Positions 11,900-23,358 of a DNA stretch of 64,000 nt are shown here, one piece after another; the first letter of the stretch is position 1, and each line of letters begins with the position of its first letter. The translations under genes and the position numbers were made by a program. Origin of the DNA: Massalongia carnosa (lineage: Eukaryota). Below the pieces are notes generated by a model. It did no database searches, was not told the origin of the DNA, and saw only the letters and a list, made by a program, of their open reading frames with translations. The DNA is taken from contig OZ287079.1 of NCBI GenBank assembly GCA_965645245.1, positions 1,674,001 to 1,738,000 of the forward strand. Reading direction: 5' to 3'.

Positions 11900-12960
11900 C
11901 CTAATTTTATCGTTGGTCTCATCCTTATTATTATCCTCATACTCCTACTGATCTTCATAGACGTCCTTGACTTTAACCTCCTCGCTATCTGATGGATAAA
12001 TTGGTACACTCCATATTTTTCCAGGTGCCAAAGTAGTAGCTTTCCATGGCTTGCTCTTCATGTCATGCATAGCTTCAGCTTTGGTCAAAAATCTTTCTAG
12101 TTGCTTAAACGAGATTCTCACAGCAAAGTCTCAAGAGGTTGAAGCAGTCGCGGCGCTAGAAGGGAGGAGATCCAGAGATGCGAACTCTTTGAGAGATAGA
12201 ACAAGAACTCCGTCGGCCGTCGTGCCATCTTTGTGACGAAAGATCTAAGATTTGCTAAATTAGCGTTGTCAAACTTTCGAAATTATGGGGGGTTTTCACC
12301 TACCGATTTAGCCCTGCGTTGAACTTCATGTGTAATCTCTCCATCAATCTCTCATGATGGTTTCCATCTGCCACACTAATACACGAGCTAGCTCGGATTC
12401 TCGATGGTTGATATCTAGAGCTACAATCATCTGAATACTTTTGTGAGATCCATAGACGTAATCAGCCAAGTCCGGTAAATCATTTGATTTATCCGAGTGG
12501 GCTACTTCAAGGACAATTCCTGGAAAACGGGTTATAACACGTCCAATTGAACAGTCTGGGCTGCGCTCGCCAAACTCGGAAAGATACAGAATTAAACATC
12601 CAAAGTTAAGAAGTCCATTGATCATTTTCTTGATTTCCATGTTTTCTGCCATATTTGCAATCATTTTAAGCTGATTCATGATCTATCCAATGAAACAAGA
12701 CCGCAGAACTTCTTGAAGCGTTGTATTCTTGCGAAAAGTGAATTGTTGTTTTTGAGGATTGTAGTCATATCTGTCAAATCATCAAGATTAATCATAGATA
12801 TCATTGAACGATAGTAACAACGAGCAGCTACAAACATCTTACCGAAACTTATCCTCAACATATCCCCCTTAGATCTTCATCTTTTACAAGTTGCTTCAAA
12901 ACTTCGCGATATTCATCGGATATCAATTTGAGCTTAACTCAAGATCCATAAGTGTGACCG
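11900..12960 (-). pseudogene. Fungal hypothetical protein with PD-(D/E)XK-like nuclease motifs, degraded
   Basis: DEDLRGYVEDKFR exon, then SPDCSI...FPGIVLEVAHS...LADYVYGS...IVALDI, then a downstream exon IFRHKDG with an in-frame stop. Boundaries approximate. Confidence 0.55.
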
Positions 12961-13436
12961 ACTCGATGCTGTCGGAGCAATTTTAGTGCTTTCACGATGG
13001 CTGAGGATGACAATGAGTTTGATGATCCGGCCGAGTTCAAAGATACCAAAGATATTATAGGAGCATGATTATACATAACGAGATTTATCAATCACTGTAA
13101 ATCTTGTCTAAAACTAGGACTGGAGAGTAATGAAGAAAGAGTAGGATGATAGTAAACATAAAGGAAGAAAGTAAAAGCTACGCCACAAGTGTTCCATTCT
13201 ATTAGTTAACATAACTTGAAAAAACCCATTCACTCGGAGAGACGCACATACTTAGCGACACAAATATCCTTTCTTCTGGTATTTTCAATCGTTAGATAAG
13301 TTAACGCAAGCAAAGAAGAATACATGTGGAATATCAACTATATGCTCGTCGAAGTTCCTCTCTAGTTCTCGGCTTGTTCCTTCCGTCGCTATCTCTGTCC
13401 CTCCTACATTTTTGTAACCTTAAAAAGAAACACAAC

Positions 13437-13510
13437 TGAGGCGAAAAGGAATGCCGAAGTCGAGTGGGAGGCAGGCCATGGGTAGCCAACGAAAGCCGAA
13501 TGTTGGAGGG
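13437..13510. repeat. Diverged relative of the left part of the ~400-bp repeat, starting TGAGGCGAAA (LTR-like end)
   Basis: Similar to 3141-3205; right boundary not resolved. Confidence 0.45.
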
Positions 13511-13674
13511 GGATAATATAGTGTTCGGAAAGGTATGCAGGATATTAAGATGAACAGTTAATAAATGTTGAAATTGCTACGGAGTTGACTGTTTAGCAAT
13601 GCCTATCGCAGTCATGGCAGCGGGTGGAGGTTGAGCTAGAGCTAATGGGCTAAGCAATAGGCTGTTAAGACCAC

Positions 13675-15819
13675 GAGATGCTTAGGGACAGTCCCCCCCC
13701 CGACCGTCCCCCTTTGTGTAAATCTTTACTAGTAAACAGCCATTTTACTACTCATCCAGGGTGCCACGGTGCGTACAAGCTAGCAGTTACACTACGTATT
13801 AATAATGTTGCTGTTACTGACTAAGTGTATTCAACACCTACAAATCTACCGATTGCGATGACCTCAACTCCAAAAACTCGTCAGCCAATTGCGATACGTC
13901 ATCTTTTCTAGGCTTCATGGTTTTAGCCACCTTTCTCATCGCCGTTTCTTTCTCGCTTGAGCCCTAGCCTGTTTGACTGATCTCTCGACTCTTTGCTGAG
14001 ATCCCAACTCCAACTGAGCCTTTGATTTCTTCGCCACACCCCGAGACCTTCGCGTTGTTGCAGAGGAAGTAGGGAGAATTTGACTGGCGCGCACGTTTTG
14101 GCTAAGACTATAAAGAGATGGAGGCGGCGCTGCCTGAGGTAGGATTAAGTTATATAGCAATAAGCGACGAGAAACGAAAGGTCGGTGTTAGTGATTCCAA
14201 CCAAAACGAATAAAGGCAGGTTCAATATAAGTAATTCGGCTAAGGCGAAAGGTAATGCCGGGACCGAGTGGAGGCAGGCCGCGAAACAGCCGACGAAGGC
14301 TGAAGGCCGTGGATAGCCGAAGGACCGAGTGGAGGCAGGCCGCGAACAGCCGACGAAGGCCGAAGGACAAAGGAGGATGATGTCCAAAATAGTTGGACAA
14401 ACAAGGGAGAGAAAGGGCATAAATAGGTGGCCTTTTGGCACTCTTCTCCTCATCATCACCATTGATTCGGAGTTCAGCACCAAGAGGTCTTTTGCCCACC
14501 CACCCACTCCCTGAATCAGCCGCATAGGTAGATGGAGTTTTTCCCCTCACTGCTGCCAAAACAAACCATTATAGGAGGGGCCCTCAGCAAAACTGAACGC
14601 CAGCAGGGCAGCAGCGAGGGGAGAGTTACCCAAACATAGATAGAAATTATGTATATGTTCAGCTGACACGATGGAGCCCGCGAATTACTTAGTATTGAAC
14701 TTTGCATCCCGTCTCTAATAGAAATCTACCCACGAAACGTCGAGCCAGCCTAATTTGCTCCGCATTGCAAAATAAAAAATGTTCTATCACCCGTCTCTCA
14801 CGCACATTATTCTTAACAATATATTTTTCCTTACACCGTAGATGAAAGCCCCTGTCTTTCAACGAGCCCAAGGCAAAAAGAAGCTCTTCTTCAGGCGTGT
14901 GAGCTCCCTCTGAATGAGCGAGATTACAATAATCGCTCCTCGACAGACGGAGTCCTTGGATTCCTAATATTCTCGCTGCTTGGCCATATGGGTTTGACGA
15001 TGCACGGAGACTCTTCCCTTGATCTAGGGCATCTGTTCGATCAGGGTTCCTACTATGATGTTCTCTGAATGCAAAGGGATCAGTGGCCATCTCATGATTG
15101 TGCTCGGAGTTAGTATCTATTAGTCTCCATGCATTGTCTTTGTTTTTTTTTTTGAGACGGAGGCAATAAGGGCACTCATTGAACGAAACTTTGGTATTGG
15201 CTCGCACTCAGTCTTCCTCCTCTACTTTTCTAGTGTTTCTAACTCCTTTGTGATCGCGTGTGTAGTCTAATACGATTAAATGGTTTTTCTTATCGTGAGT
15301 TTCTGTGACTAACGCGAAGCCTTGAGTGAAGGCACAGTCTTGAAGACGAGTCTTTGCCTTCTTTCAAGACGAAAATAACTCATTTTCTTGCGGAGGAAGG
15401 AGGTGAGATGAGGATAGAAGGGCAATGACATGTTGCTTTCGTGCATCCAAAGAAGTGGGATCAAACTCCAACGCGATGAGGAGTAGTAAAATATATATAT
15501 AATATGAGGTATAGCATAAGTGGAAGTAGAGATTTAGAGAGGGCAAAGGGTTAGGACAAGGGCAAGGGCAAATGCTAAGTGTGGGTGTGGGTGAGGGTGA
15601 GAGTGAGGGTGAGGGTGAGTTATCAGACCGAGTAGGGTAATTATTAGTAGCAATAAACACGTCATACGATTTAAACCGAAAAGAGTTTAATGTGCTGTTG
15701 ACAGCTGCATTACTAGCTTGTACGCACCCTGGATGAGTAGTGAAATGGCTGTTTACTAGCAAAGATTTACACAGGGGGGGAGGAGGGGGGGCGGGAGGGG
15801 GGGACTGTCCAAGCATCTC
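13675..15819 (-). mobile_element. Mutator-like element (MULE), internally deleted, ~110-bp TIRs
   Basis: TIRs GAGATGCTT...AAGCATCTC. Flanks GTTAAGACCAC / GTTAAGACGAT (degenerate 11-bp TSD, 9 of 11 match). Transposase remnants are collinear with the 23.4-26.6 kb MULE. Confidence 0.9.
14231..14688. mobile_element. ~400-bp repeat, copy 2 (with 60-bp internal duplication), inserted in the MULE transposase
   Basis: Interrupts the DAKFNT/N.LNLPLFVLVGITN motif; same 8-bp termini as copy 1. Confidence 0.85.
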
Positions 15820-15891
15820 GTTAAGACGATTTTTTGTCAACCGGCAGGATTATTTTCGTACCTTTCGTTTTTTGCAGCATCGAGAGTAAAA

Positions 15892-17807
15892 ATGTTCAAA
15901 CACAACATCCATAACGTTTACAAAGGCCCAGATGCGTTGCACAAGTATTTCGACCCTGACTTCCAACCGCCCTTACCTTTGATCGAGTTGCCAAAGAAAT
16001 TGAATCCGTTTCGCGACGATAATGTTCGCGTATACGCCAAGATGATGACAGCTCTTCCTACGCAGAATGTCAAGGGGCTTCCAGGTAATCTCCAAGCTCG
16101 AGCTATCTTACATGCTGAAGCTGACAGTTCAAAGCACTGAACATGCTTCTCAATGACCCTTCAGCTGCCAAGAAGTGTATAATTGAGCCGAGTTCTGGTT
16201 CAACGATCACATCCCTAGGGATAATCGCTCGAGTCTTGTACGACAACGAAGATACAGTCGCATGTGTCAGTAACAAAAACGAGCTGAATAGAATTCGGCA
16301 GCTTCAATTTTTCGGTCTTAAGGTGTAAGCATCCCATTCATTAGTCTTTTCCAAATCCTCTCTATGTAACCTGGAGACCAAGCATAGATACTTATTGAAC
16401 GCCAATTTCTCTAAGTGAACTCTACGGAGGACCGTCTCAGCCAGAGATCACAGATCACAGAGGTACAATCCGTAAGGCGGATCGACTATCGAAAGAGGAT
16501 CCGAAATTCTGCAATCCTAATCAGTATGAAAACGAGTACGTGAGTGCTCCTCTTCAAATCCTCCCCCAGTGATGCCCGTTACTGAGAAGGTGTAGAACTG
16601 GGGTGCGCATATACGTTGGACGGGTCCACAAATATGGAGACAGCTCCCAGAGATTAACGTCTTCTGTATGGCAATGGGAACTGCTGGTCGGTATTCACTA
16701 CTCTGGCATCTTCACATCATCAAGCACTATTCTAAGCTATTCTGCAGGATGCATCGCCGGAACCGGCATCTACTTGAAGTCGCAAAAACCGTCTGTTAAA
16801 GTTCTAGGGTAAGCGCAGCTTAACATCAAATTGTTTTTTGATGACGGCGATACCGATCGATATCATCGTTGGTAGGGTATGCAATTCAGTTGGAGATCCA
16901 GTCCCGGGACCAAGGCCCTTCCCATTATTTGAAGTATGTGAATTTCCATGGAGAAAGACTGTCGACTCGGTCGAGAATATCAGTTCGGTGGATGCGTACC
17001 GAATATCAATGCTACTTTCACGGGAAGGTTTGATCTGCGGTCCGTCATCCGGAATGGCGCTCAAAGGACTCTTCAATTTCTTACAGAGTGCTAAAGAAAG
17101 GGGCGAACTACATGAGTATACAGAACCTAGCACCGGAGAGATCTCATGTGTATTCATCTGCTGCGATTTGCCGTATCAATATCTGGATACGTATTTTCAG
17201 AAGCTAGGAGAGAAGGACTTTCCGCCTATCATCAACGAGGTCCATGACTCTCCTGTCAATCTCTGGTATCTTCTGACACATTAATTAGAGCCTTCTATCT
17301 GTCGATACCGACAAGTACGAGTCAAGATGGGAACTAAGCGCATCGGATGCGATGAAGATGATTTATGGGTCAGCTTGGAAAAAAGATATTAAACAGTTGT
17401 GCAGGAATTCCAACTGTAGCAAAAAAACCTGTGCACATCATTTCGGCTCATCACCCGTCACTTTGATTGACTTGCGTTCGAGCCGAGACTTTGATGAGGG
17501 TCATATCGCTGGTTCCATCAGCGCGTCACTTCCAAACTTGTCGGCGGCGACTCCAAGCCCATTCGACGATACCACTACCCTTTGTATTCTGTGGAAAGAT
17601 CTCAAAGCCATGTTCAGCGACCGGGAGGATCGCCGAAGGCTAGATTCAACATCTAATCCTGTCATCGTGATCTGCTACCAGGGTGAAGCCTCACGGCTCG
17701 CCACAGCTATCTTGCGAGGACAAGATATAGAAGCTTATAGCGTTTACGAAGGAATAGTTGCGATTTCGCAAGTATGTAAAGATACGTCGCGCAACGGGTT
17801 GGGTTAA
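15892..17807 (+). CDS. PLP-dependent cysteine synthase-like protein with C-terminal rhodanese domain (~513 aa, 7 exons)
   Basis: Exons 15892-16084, 16135-16324, 16416-16539, 16596-16686, 16748-16808, 16876-17239 and 17289-17807 splice in frame. Motifs NVKGLPA (putative PLP Lys), EPSSGST, NPNQYEN, MGTAG, EGLICGPSSG; rhodanese LIDLR...FDEGHIAGS and ICYQG. Confidence 0.88.
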
Positions 17808-18285
17808 ACTCGACGGGGTTGGGTTTTTTATGCGGATCCACGTGTTAAACCGTTCAAACAATCAGTCTTTTTTAACAAATTTAATTCGAAAATCCGATGT
17901 TTCTATAACGTTTAACATGACAATAATTTTGTAGAATAATCAACATACACCGCACAACAGGATAGGATGGGATGGGTTTTAAACCTTTGAAATTCAACCC
18001 GATACCGGATTGGATTTCGGGATGAAGTCTTACAAGAGGTTTCGGGTTCGTCTTTGCTATTCTCAATTGCATTTACCGGGTATGTTTAAAATGCGATATG
18101 TTTACTCATTTAAATAATCGGTCATCTAATTTACAGGTAAATCATAACGACAATTATGAGGTTGAATATCCACACCTACCAGCACAATGAACATCTATTA
18201 ATTCAATGAACACCTATCAGTTCAATAAACATAGCACCTACGACTGTCCTAGGTGGACAGGCACGCGGGGGACAAAAAAAAACTA

Positions 18286-19563
18286 CACCAAAATTTAAAC
18301 GGGTTAAACCCCCCACCAAAACACAAGCAATTTACATACAATTTTGATAGGATAATCACCATTTCAACAATGAGTCATCCAATTCATTCAATCTATTCAA
18401 TAACCAGTCATTTTACCCTCACCTTCCAAAACAGCTCTCAATCTATCTGGCATAGTAGACACCCGTTCATTGGTAAAAGGCTGAGAAACGTTCGCCTACC
18501 CCTCATAAATTAGCCCCTTGGTCGTACTATCATCCCAATGAGGATATTTTTTTTAAATATTGCTTCGGGGCCTGCCAGCAATTTTCTATGGGGGCCAAAT
18601 CAGGTGAACATGGACAGTTGAAATAGTGCTTCAGATCGTTGTTCTGCTTCCAAGTGCGTAAAATGTTTGATTTGCCTGGTCCATGTCCAGAATCACCGTC
18701 TTCTTCTAAGACGAAATCGTGTTTTGCTTCAATCCAGGGCTTCACAATAGGCTCCAATATAGAGTCGATATAGACTCGTTGACTCATCTTTCCATTGAAC
18801 TTTCCAGGAACTTTGTATAAGTAGATATCTGACTTGAAGTCATGACCTGCAGCAGCCCAACAATGATGTCTCTTCTTGACGGCCTCGTCTGGTTTATCTG
18901 CTTCTTGAATACAATCATGACAATAACGTTCACCTAATCTTCGTATGATGCGTAATTTGCCCTGAGGTCCCCATACAATGTGCACTTCGTCGCTAAATCG
19001 AACTTGTTTCCAGTCTTCTGCATTTGGATATCTAGAAAGCATAGCATCTGACCACTTCATACGAATCTTTCTTGTCTTCTCGTTTACCCATCCCTTTCTG
19101 CACGCAATGCATTTGTGATAGTCCATGGTGCCCATGATTCGTTGAATGGTTTTGCCACTGCAGTCTAGGCCTACTTCGAAGCCCAATTGCTCCCATGTAA
19201 GAGCGCGCGCCTCCATACCTTCTTCTTTCAATAGCCGTTCCATTTCTCTAATCAATTTAGGCGTAACAATTTTGTGACACCCACGAGCTTCAGAAACATC
19301 GGAATTATTATGATGACGGCGTGATAAGGCTCCTTCACGCAGGTATGCATAACCCCTCGTACGTTCCACATCAAATGTGTGAAAAACATCCTCTTTGTGA
19401 TAAGAAATGCCTTGCTTTTCGCAAAATTCAACGGCTCCCTGACTTTTAGCTTTGGTAGGAGTCTCGATATGTTTAGAATTCATAATAATGATGATTATCC
19501 GATCAAAATCGTATGTAAATTGCTTGTGTTTTGGTAGGGAGTTGAGCCGGTTAAATTTTGGTG
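18286..19563 (-). mobile_element. Tc1/mariner transposon (DD37E spacing), full length, frameshifted near the C-terminus
   Basis: ~75-bp TIRs CACCAAAATTTAA..., TA on both sides. ORF 19483-18530 contains FSDE, EEDGDSG and SPDLAPIE, with 37 residues between D and E. Frameshift in an A-run near 18550. Confidence 0.92.
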
Positions 19564-19840
19564 TACCGAATTATTGACAGATAAAACCCCCTTGACCATA
19601 AAACCCTGTTCTGACTGGCTGATTTCTGATCATAGGGGGGGGGTTGGCCCGTAAAACCAGGTCCTTTCGAATGAAAAGGAAAGATACATAAATTTATATG
19701 CAAACGTCACCAAAGCTTATGTATCCTTTCTTAGAAATCAATTGAATCGGAAATTTAATCCCCCCTACCCAATCCACCACCGCTTGCATGTTCTGTTTCT
19801 TCAACATCAAGAACAGCCTCCTGATCGTTCACGTTGAAGG

Positions 19841-22800
19841 TGTCAGGGGAGGGCTGGAGAGATACAAGACTCTATCTTGCAGAACGGATATCTAGATATG
19901 CTAAAACTAGAAGTTGAGAATAATACACAAGACGTCCGATGAAGAGCTCTAAACACCTGGGAAACCACATAGACTTTATAGCCATGGCTTTCAACTCTCC
20001 TATTCTCGACTTGCCCCATCTCTGTTCCTATACTAATTTCCTTAACATGATTGCTTTGACCTATCCCGCCTTTATCTGTGCTGAAGCACTCTCAGTCATA
20101 AGCCTGGATAGTGCAGACGTGGAAATTGGATACGCATTGTAGGAAATTGATAGTGCGCTGAGGGCGGCAGAAGAACGCCTGAGCACGATGGGTGAGGTTT
20201 CACAGCAATGGGCCCTGTTAAATACTAATCCGATCAGGACAAGCGGGAGGGTGCGAAGCGATTCCGTGACAGTAGCTCCCCTCTTCAAGAACGAGCTCCT
20301 GCGAGTTGACTAAATTTCTTGGCAACGACAGCGGGGAGTTGTACATGGGGTTATGTGTGGTCCGGCGGCGGCAGGGTAAGCAGAATGAAAGTCGTCTAAG
20401 GCTTGCTGACAATTAGTTAGGAAGTTGAATGGTTCCCAAGTAGGGGTATGTCCTTCCCAATTGACGAAATACTGCAACAGAGGCGGCTGATAACGGCGAT
20501 CGTATTTTGAGTTCAGAATGCTGTTTACATACCATTCCCGTTGCCCGTCTTCTGCGATAACAGGATCACGCGGTGCTGGGTGTTGACCGGGCAAAGGGTC
20601 GGCAGGGTCGTGTTGCAAGAGATTGACATGGAAAACAGGATGAATCTTGACAGTCTCTGGGAGTTCCAACTGTACGATTAGAGGATTGTTTGGGAAGACA
20701 CGATTCACCCGATATGGTCCTATATTTCTGTCGTCCAATTTCACCGTAGGTCTGGCAGTCTGGATCTTCTTTGTGTTTAACCAGACCATATCTCCGACAG
20801 AATAACGAGGGCAGGGACGACGATTTGCGTTGGCGTTGGATTCATATATGGCTTGGGCAATTAGCATTTCGTCACGCAGGTGAGAATCTAATTTCTGCGT
20901 CCTGTCAGCGAATTTATCAGCAGCAATCAGATTTGCCCGGGCCTGGGTCGATATATTTTCCGGTAGAGGTTCTGCAGGTTCAAAGCCCATGCGGGGGTGT
21001 TGCCCTGAATTTGCTAAAAAATGGCGATGCCAGAGTGCTAGATGAATCAGTGTTATTGGCAGCGAATTCAGCGCCAGGAAGAAATTCGACCCAATCATCC
21101 TGCATATAATTCACATAAGCCCTAAGGTAATGCTCCATTGACGCATTTGCTCTTTCCGTTTGACCATCTGTTTCAGGATGATAACTGGTTGATAAACGAG
21201 CATCAATCTTTAGTCGTTTGCACAATGTTTGCCAGAAGTCCGATACGAATTGGGATCCACGATCAGATACTAGAACATCTGGCAGGCCATGGTGTTTCCA
21301 TACATACCAATAGAAAGCTGTTGCGGCTTCTTCGACTTCCATCGTTATGGTAGGTGCATAATGCTTTTGTTTGGATAATCGATCAACGAATACGAGAATG
21401 TAGCGATAGGTGACTCCCATAAAGGTACTTACGGGGAGAGGACCGACATAATCCATGGATACGTCGCGCCAGCGGCGTTCTGGCGGAGGCAACGGTCGCA
21501 ACCATCCTTGATATCTTTCCCGCGATGGTTTAGACCGTTTACACACATGGCAGTTTCGCACAAATTGCTGAATGGTCTTATGCATACTGGGCCACCAATA
21601 GGAGCGGTCGATAATCTCGAAGCATTTCGCACGTCCTGGATGGCCACCTACCACACTATCGTGGGCTAATTGCAGAATCCTAAGTCTCAATCTGTCTGAT
21701 TTTGGTACATATCGTCGATTTCGGATGTAAAGAACACCATCCCTGTCTTCGCATTCAGCCAACTGAATTCCGCTGTGATATCTGGTTCCGTTTTGCAGCA
21801 TTACTAGAATTTTCGGGGCAAAGCGATCTCTTTGAATGGCTTGATTCCAAAGCTCGTCGGTAGGGATATCCATCGGGTCATTGTCAGAGGCGATCTGATC
21901 TGAATCTGGATCGAGTTGAGGTTCGTCAGTATGCTTATCATCTTCGTTGCCTAGATTTTCGGATTCATCGAGTTCGTGTTCTTGTTCTAAAAACGCAGGT
22001 GCTAGCCTCGTGACTTCTTGTTCTAGGAAAGCGGGTGCTAATCTTATAGCAGGGCATAAATTCAGGTCTCGGGCAACTCCTTCATCTATATTATGCGATT
22101 TAATGACAGTTTGATGTTGAAATTGTCGGCGTTCGTCTGTTTCATCCCCTTCTTTAGGGAGATCTCCTGATCTCCTTGTTAGGGCGTCTGGTTTCCCACC
22201 TGCTTTTCCAGGGCGATAGATTATTTTATTATAAAATCGGGATAAGAACTCGCTCCAGCGGGCTTGACGGCGGCTCAATTGCTTGGAAGACGTGAAATAT
22301 TCTAGATTTTTGTGATCCGTGATTACATTGATTGGGTGAGCGGAACCCTCCAATTCGGGTCTCCATTCTTCGAAAGCCCGAACGATTGCCATTAACTCCT
22401 TATCATAGATTTCATAATTACACTCCGCCGGATTGTGTTTCTTGGAAAAGTAAGCAATAGGTCTTAGAACACTGTTCTTGTCATATTGCGAAAGAATTCC
22501 GGCGGATATATAATCAGAGGCATCTGTCTCCACGATAATTGGCTTATCTGGATCGAAGTGCAATAAGACTACGTCTGAGGTGAAGGTTCTCTTCATAGTG
22601 TCGAAAGCTTGCTGACATTTATAAGTCCATAAAAATTTCACGTCTTTTCGTGTGAGGTTGGTTAATGGGCCAGCAATCATGCTAAACCTCAGAATGAATC
22701 GTCTGTAAAAGTTCGCAAACCCTAAGAAGCTCTGTACGTCTTTCACGTTTTGGGGAGTGGGCCAATTAATAACAGTTTCGACTTTGGCAGGGTCCATTTT

Positions 22801-23358
22801 TATCCCCTCTGTGGTCACGATTAGACCTAGATATGAAACTTCTTTCACATGAAATGCGCATTTAGTGATGTCTGCTTGAAGGCCTGCCTCACGCAGTTTG
22901 ATCAGAATTCTTTTGATGTGAATCTCGTGCTCTGATTCAACGTCACTGTATATCAGAATGTCATCCAAATATGCGATGCAAAGTCGTCAGATACTCTCGC
23001 AGAGTATCGTTGATAAAGTGCTGAAAAGAGGCGGGTCCATTACACAACCCGAAAGGCATTACCAGGTACTCAAATAGACCAAATCTTGTGCGGAATGCGG
23101 TGAGTTCTTCGTCACCTTCCTTTATGCGTAGGCGATTAAAGGCTGCTATTATATCTAATTTAGTAAATATTTTAGCTCTGGACAAACGATTCAAGGTCTC
23201 GGCTATCAATGGCAACAGATATCTATTCTTGATAGTGACGGCATTCAGGCCTCTGTAATCAACATAGAAGCGAAGGCCCCCTCCAGGCTTTTTCACGAAC
23301 ATGACAGGAGACGCCGCATGCGAACGGCTGGCACGAATGAACCCCTTGGCCAAATTAC
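19841..23358 (-). mobile_element. pol: Ty3/Gypsy chromovirus, 5'-truncated (RT-RH-IN-chromodomain plus 3' LTR 19841-20271)
   Basis: pol fragments 23353-22961, 22968-20980 and 21098-20310 with frameshifts. Polypurine tract next to an LTR that starts TGTCACGG on the minus strand. Cut at 23358 by a MULE TIR. Confidence 0.92.

Noticed and set aside
15364..15840. 158-aa Pro-rich ORF
   Set aside because: It is a translation of the MULE TIR and low-complexity leader.
17790..18240. GGGTT-rich and ~19-bp short repeats as telomere or hAT end
   Set aside because: Not TTAGGG arrays, irregular, and no paired terminus found.
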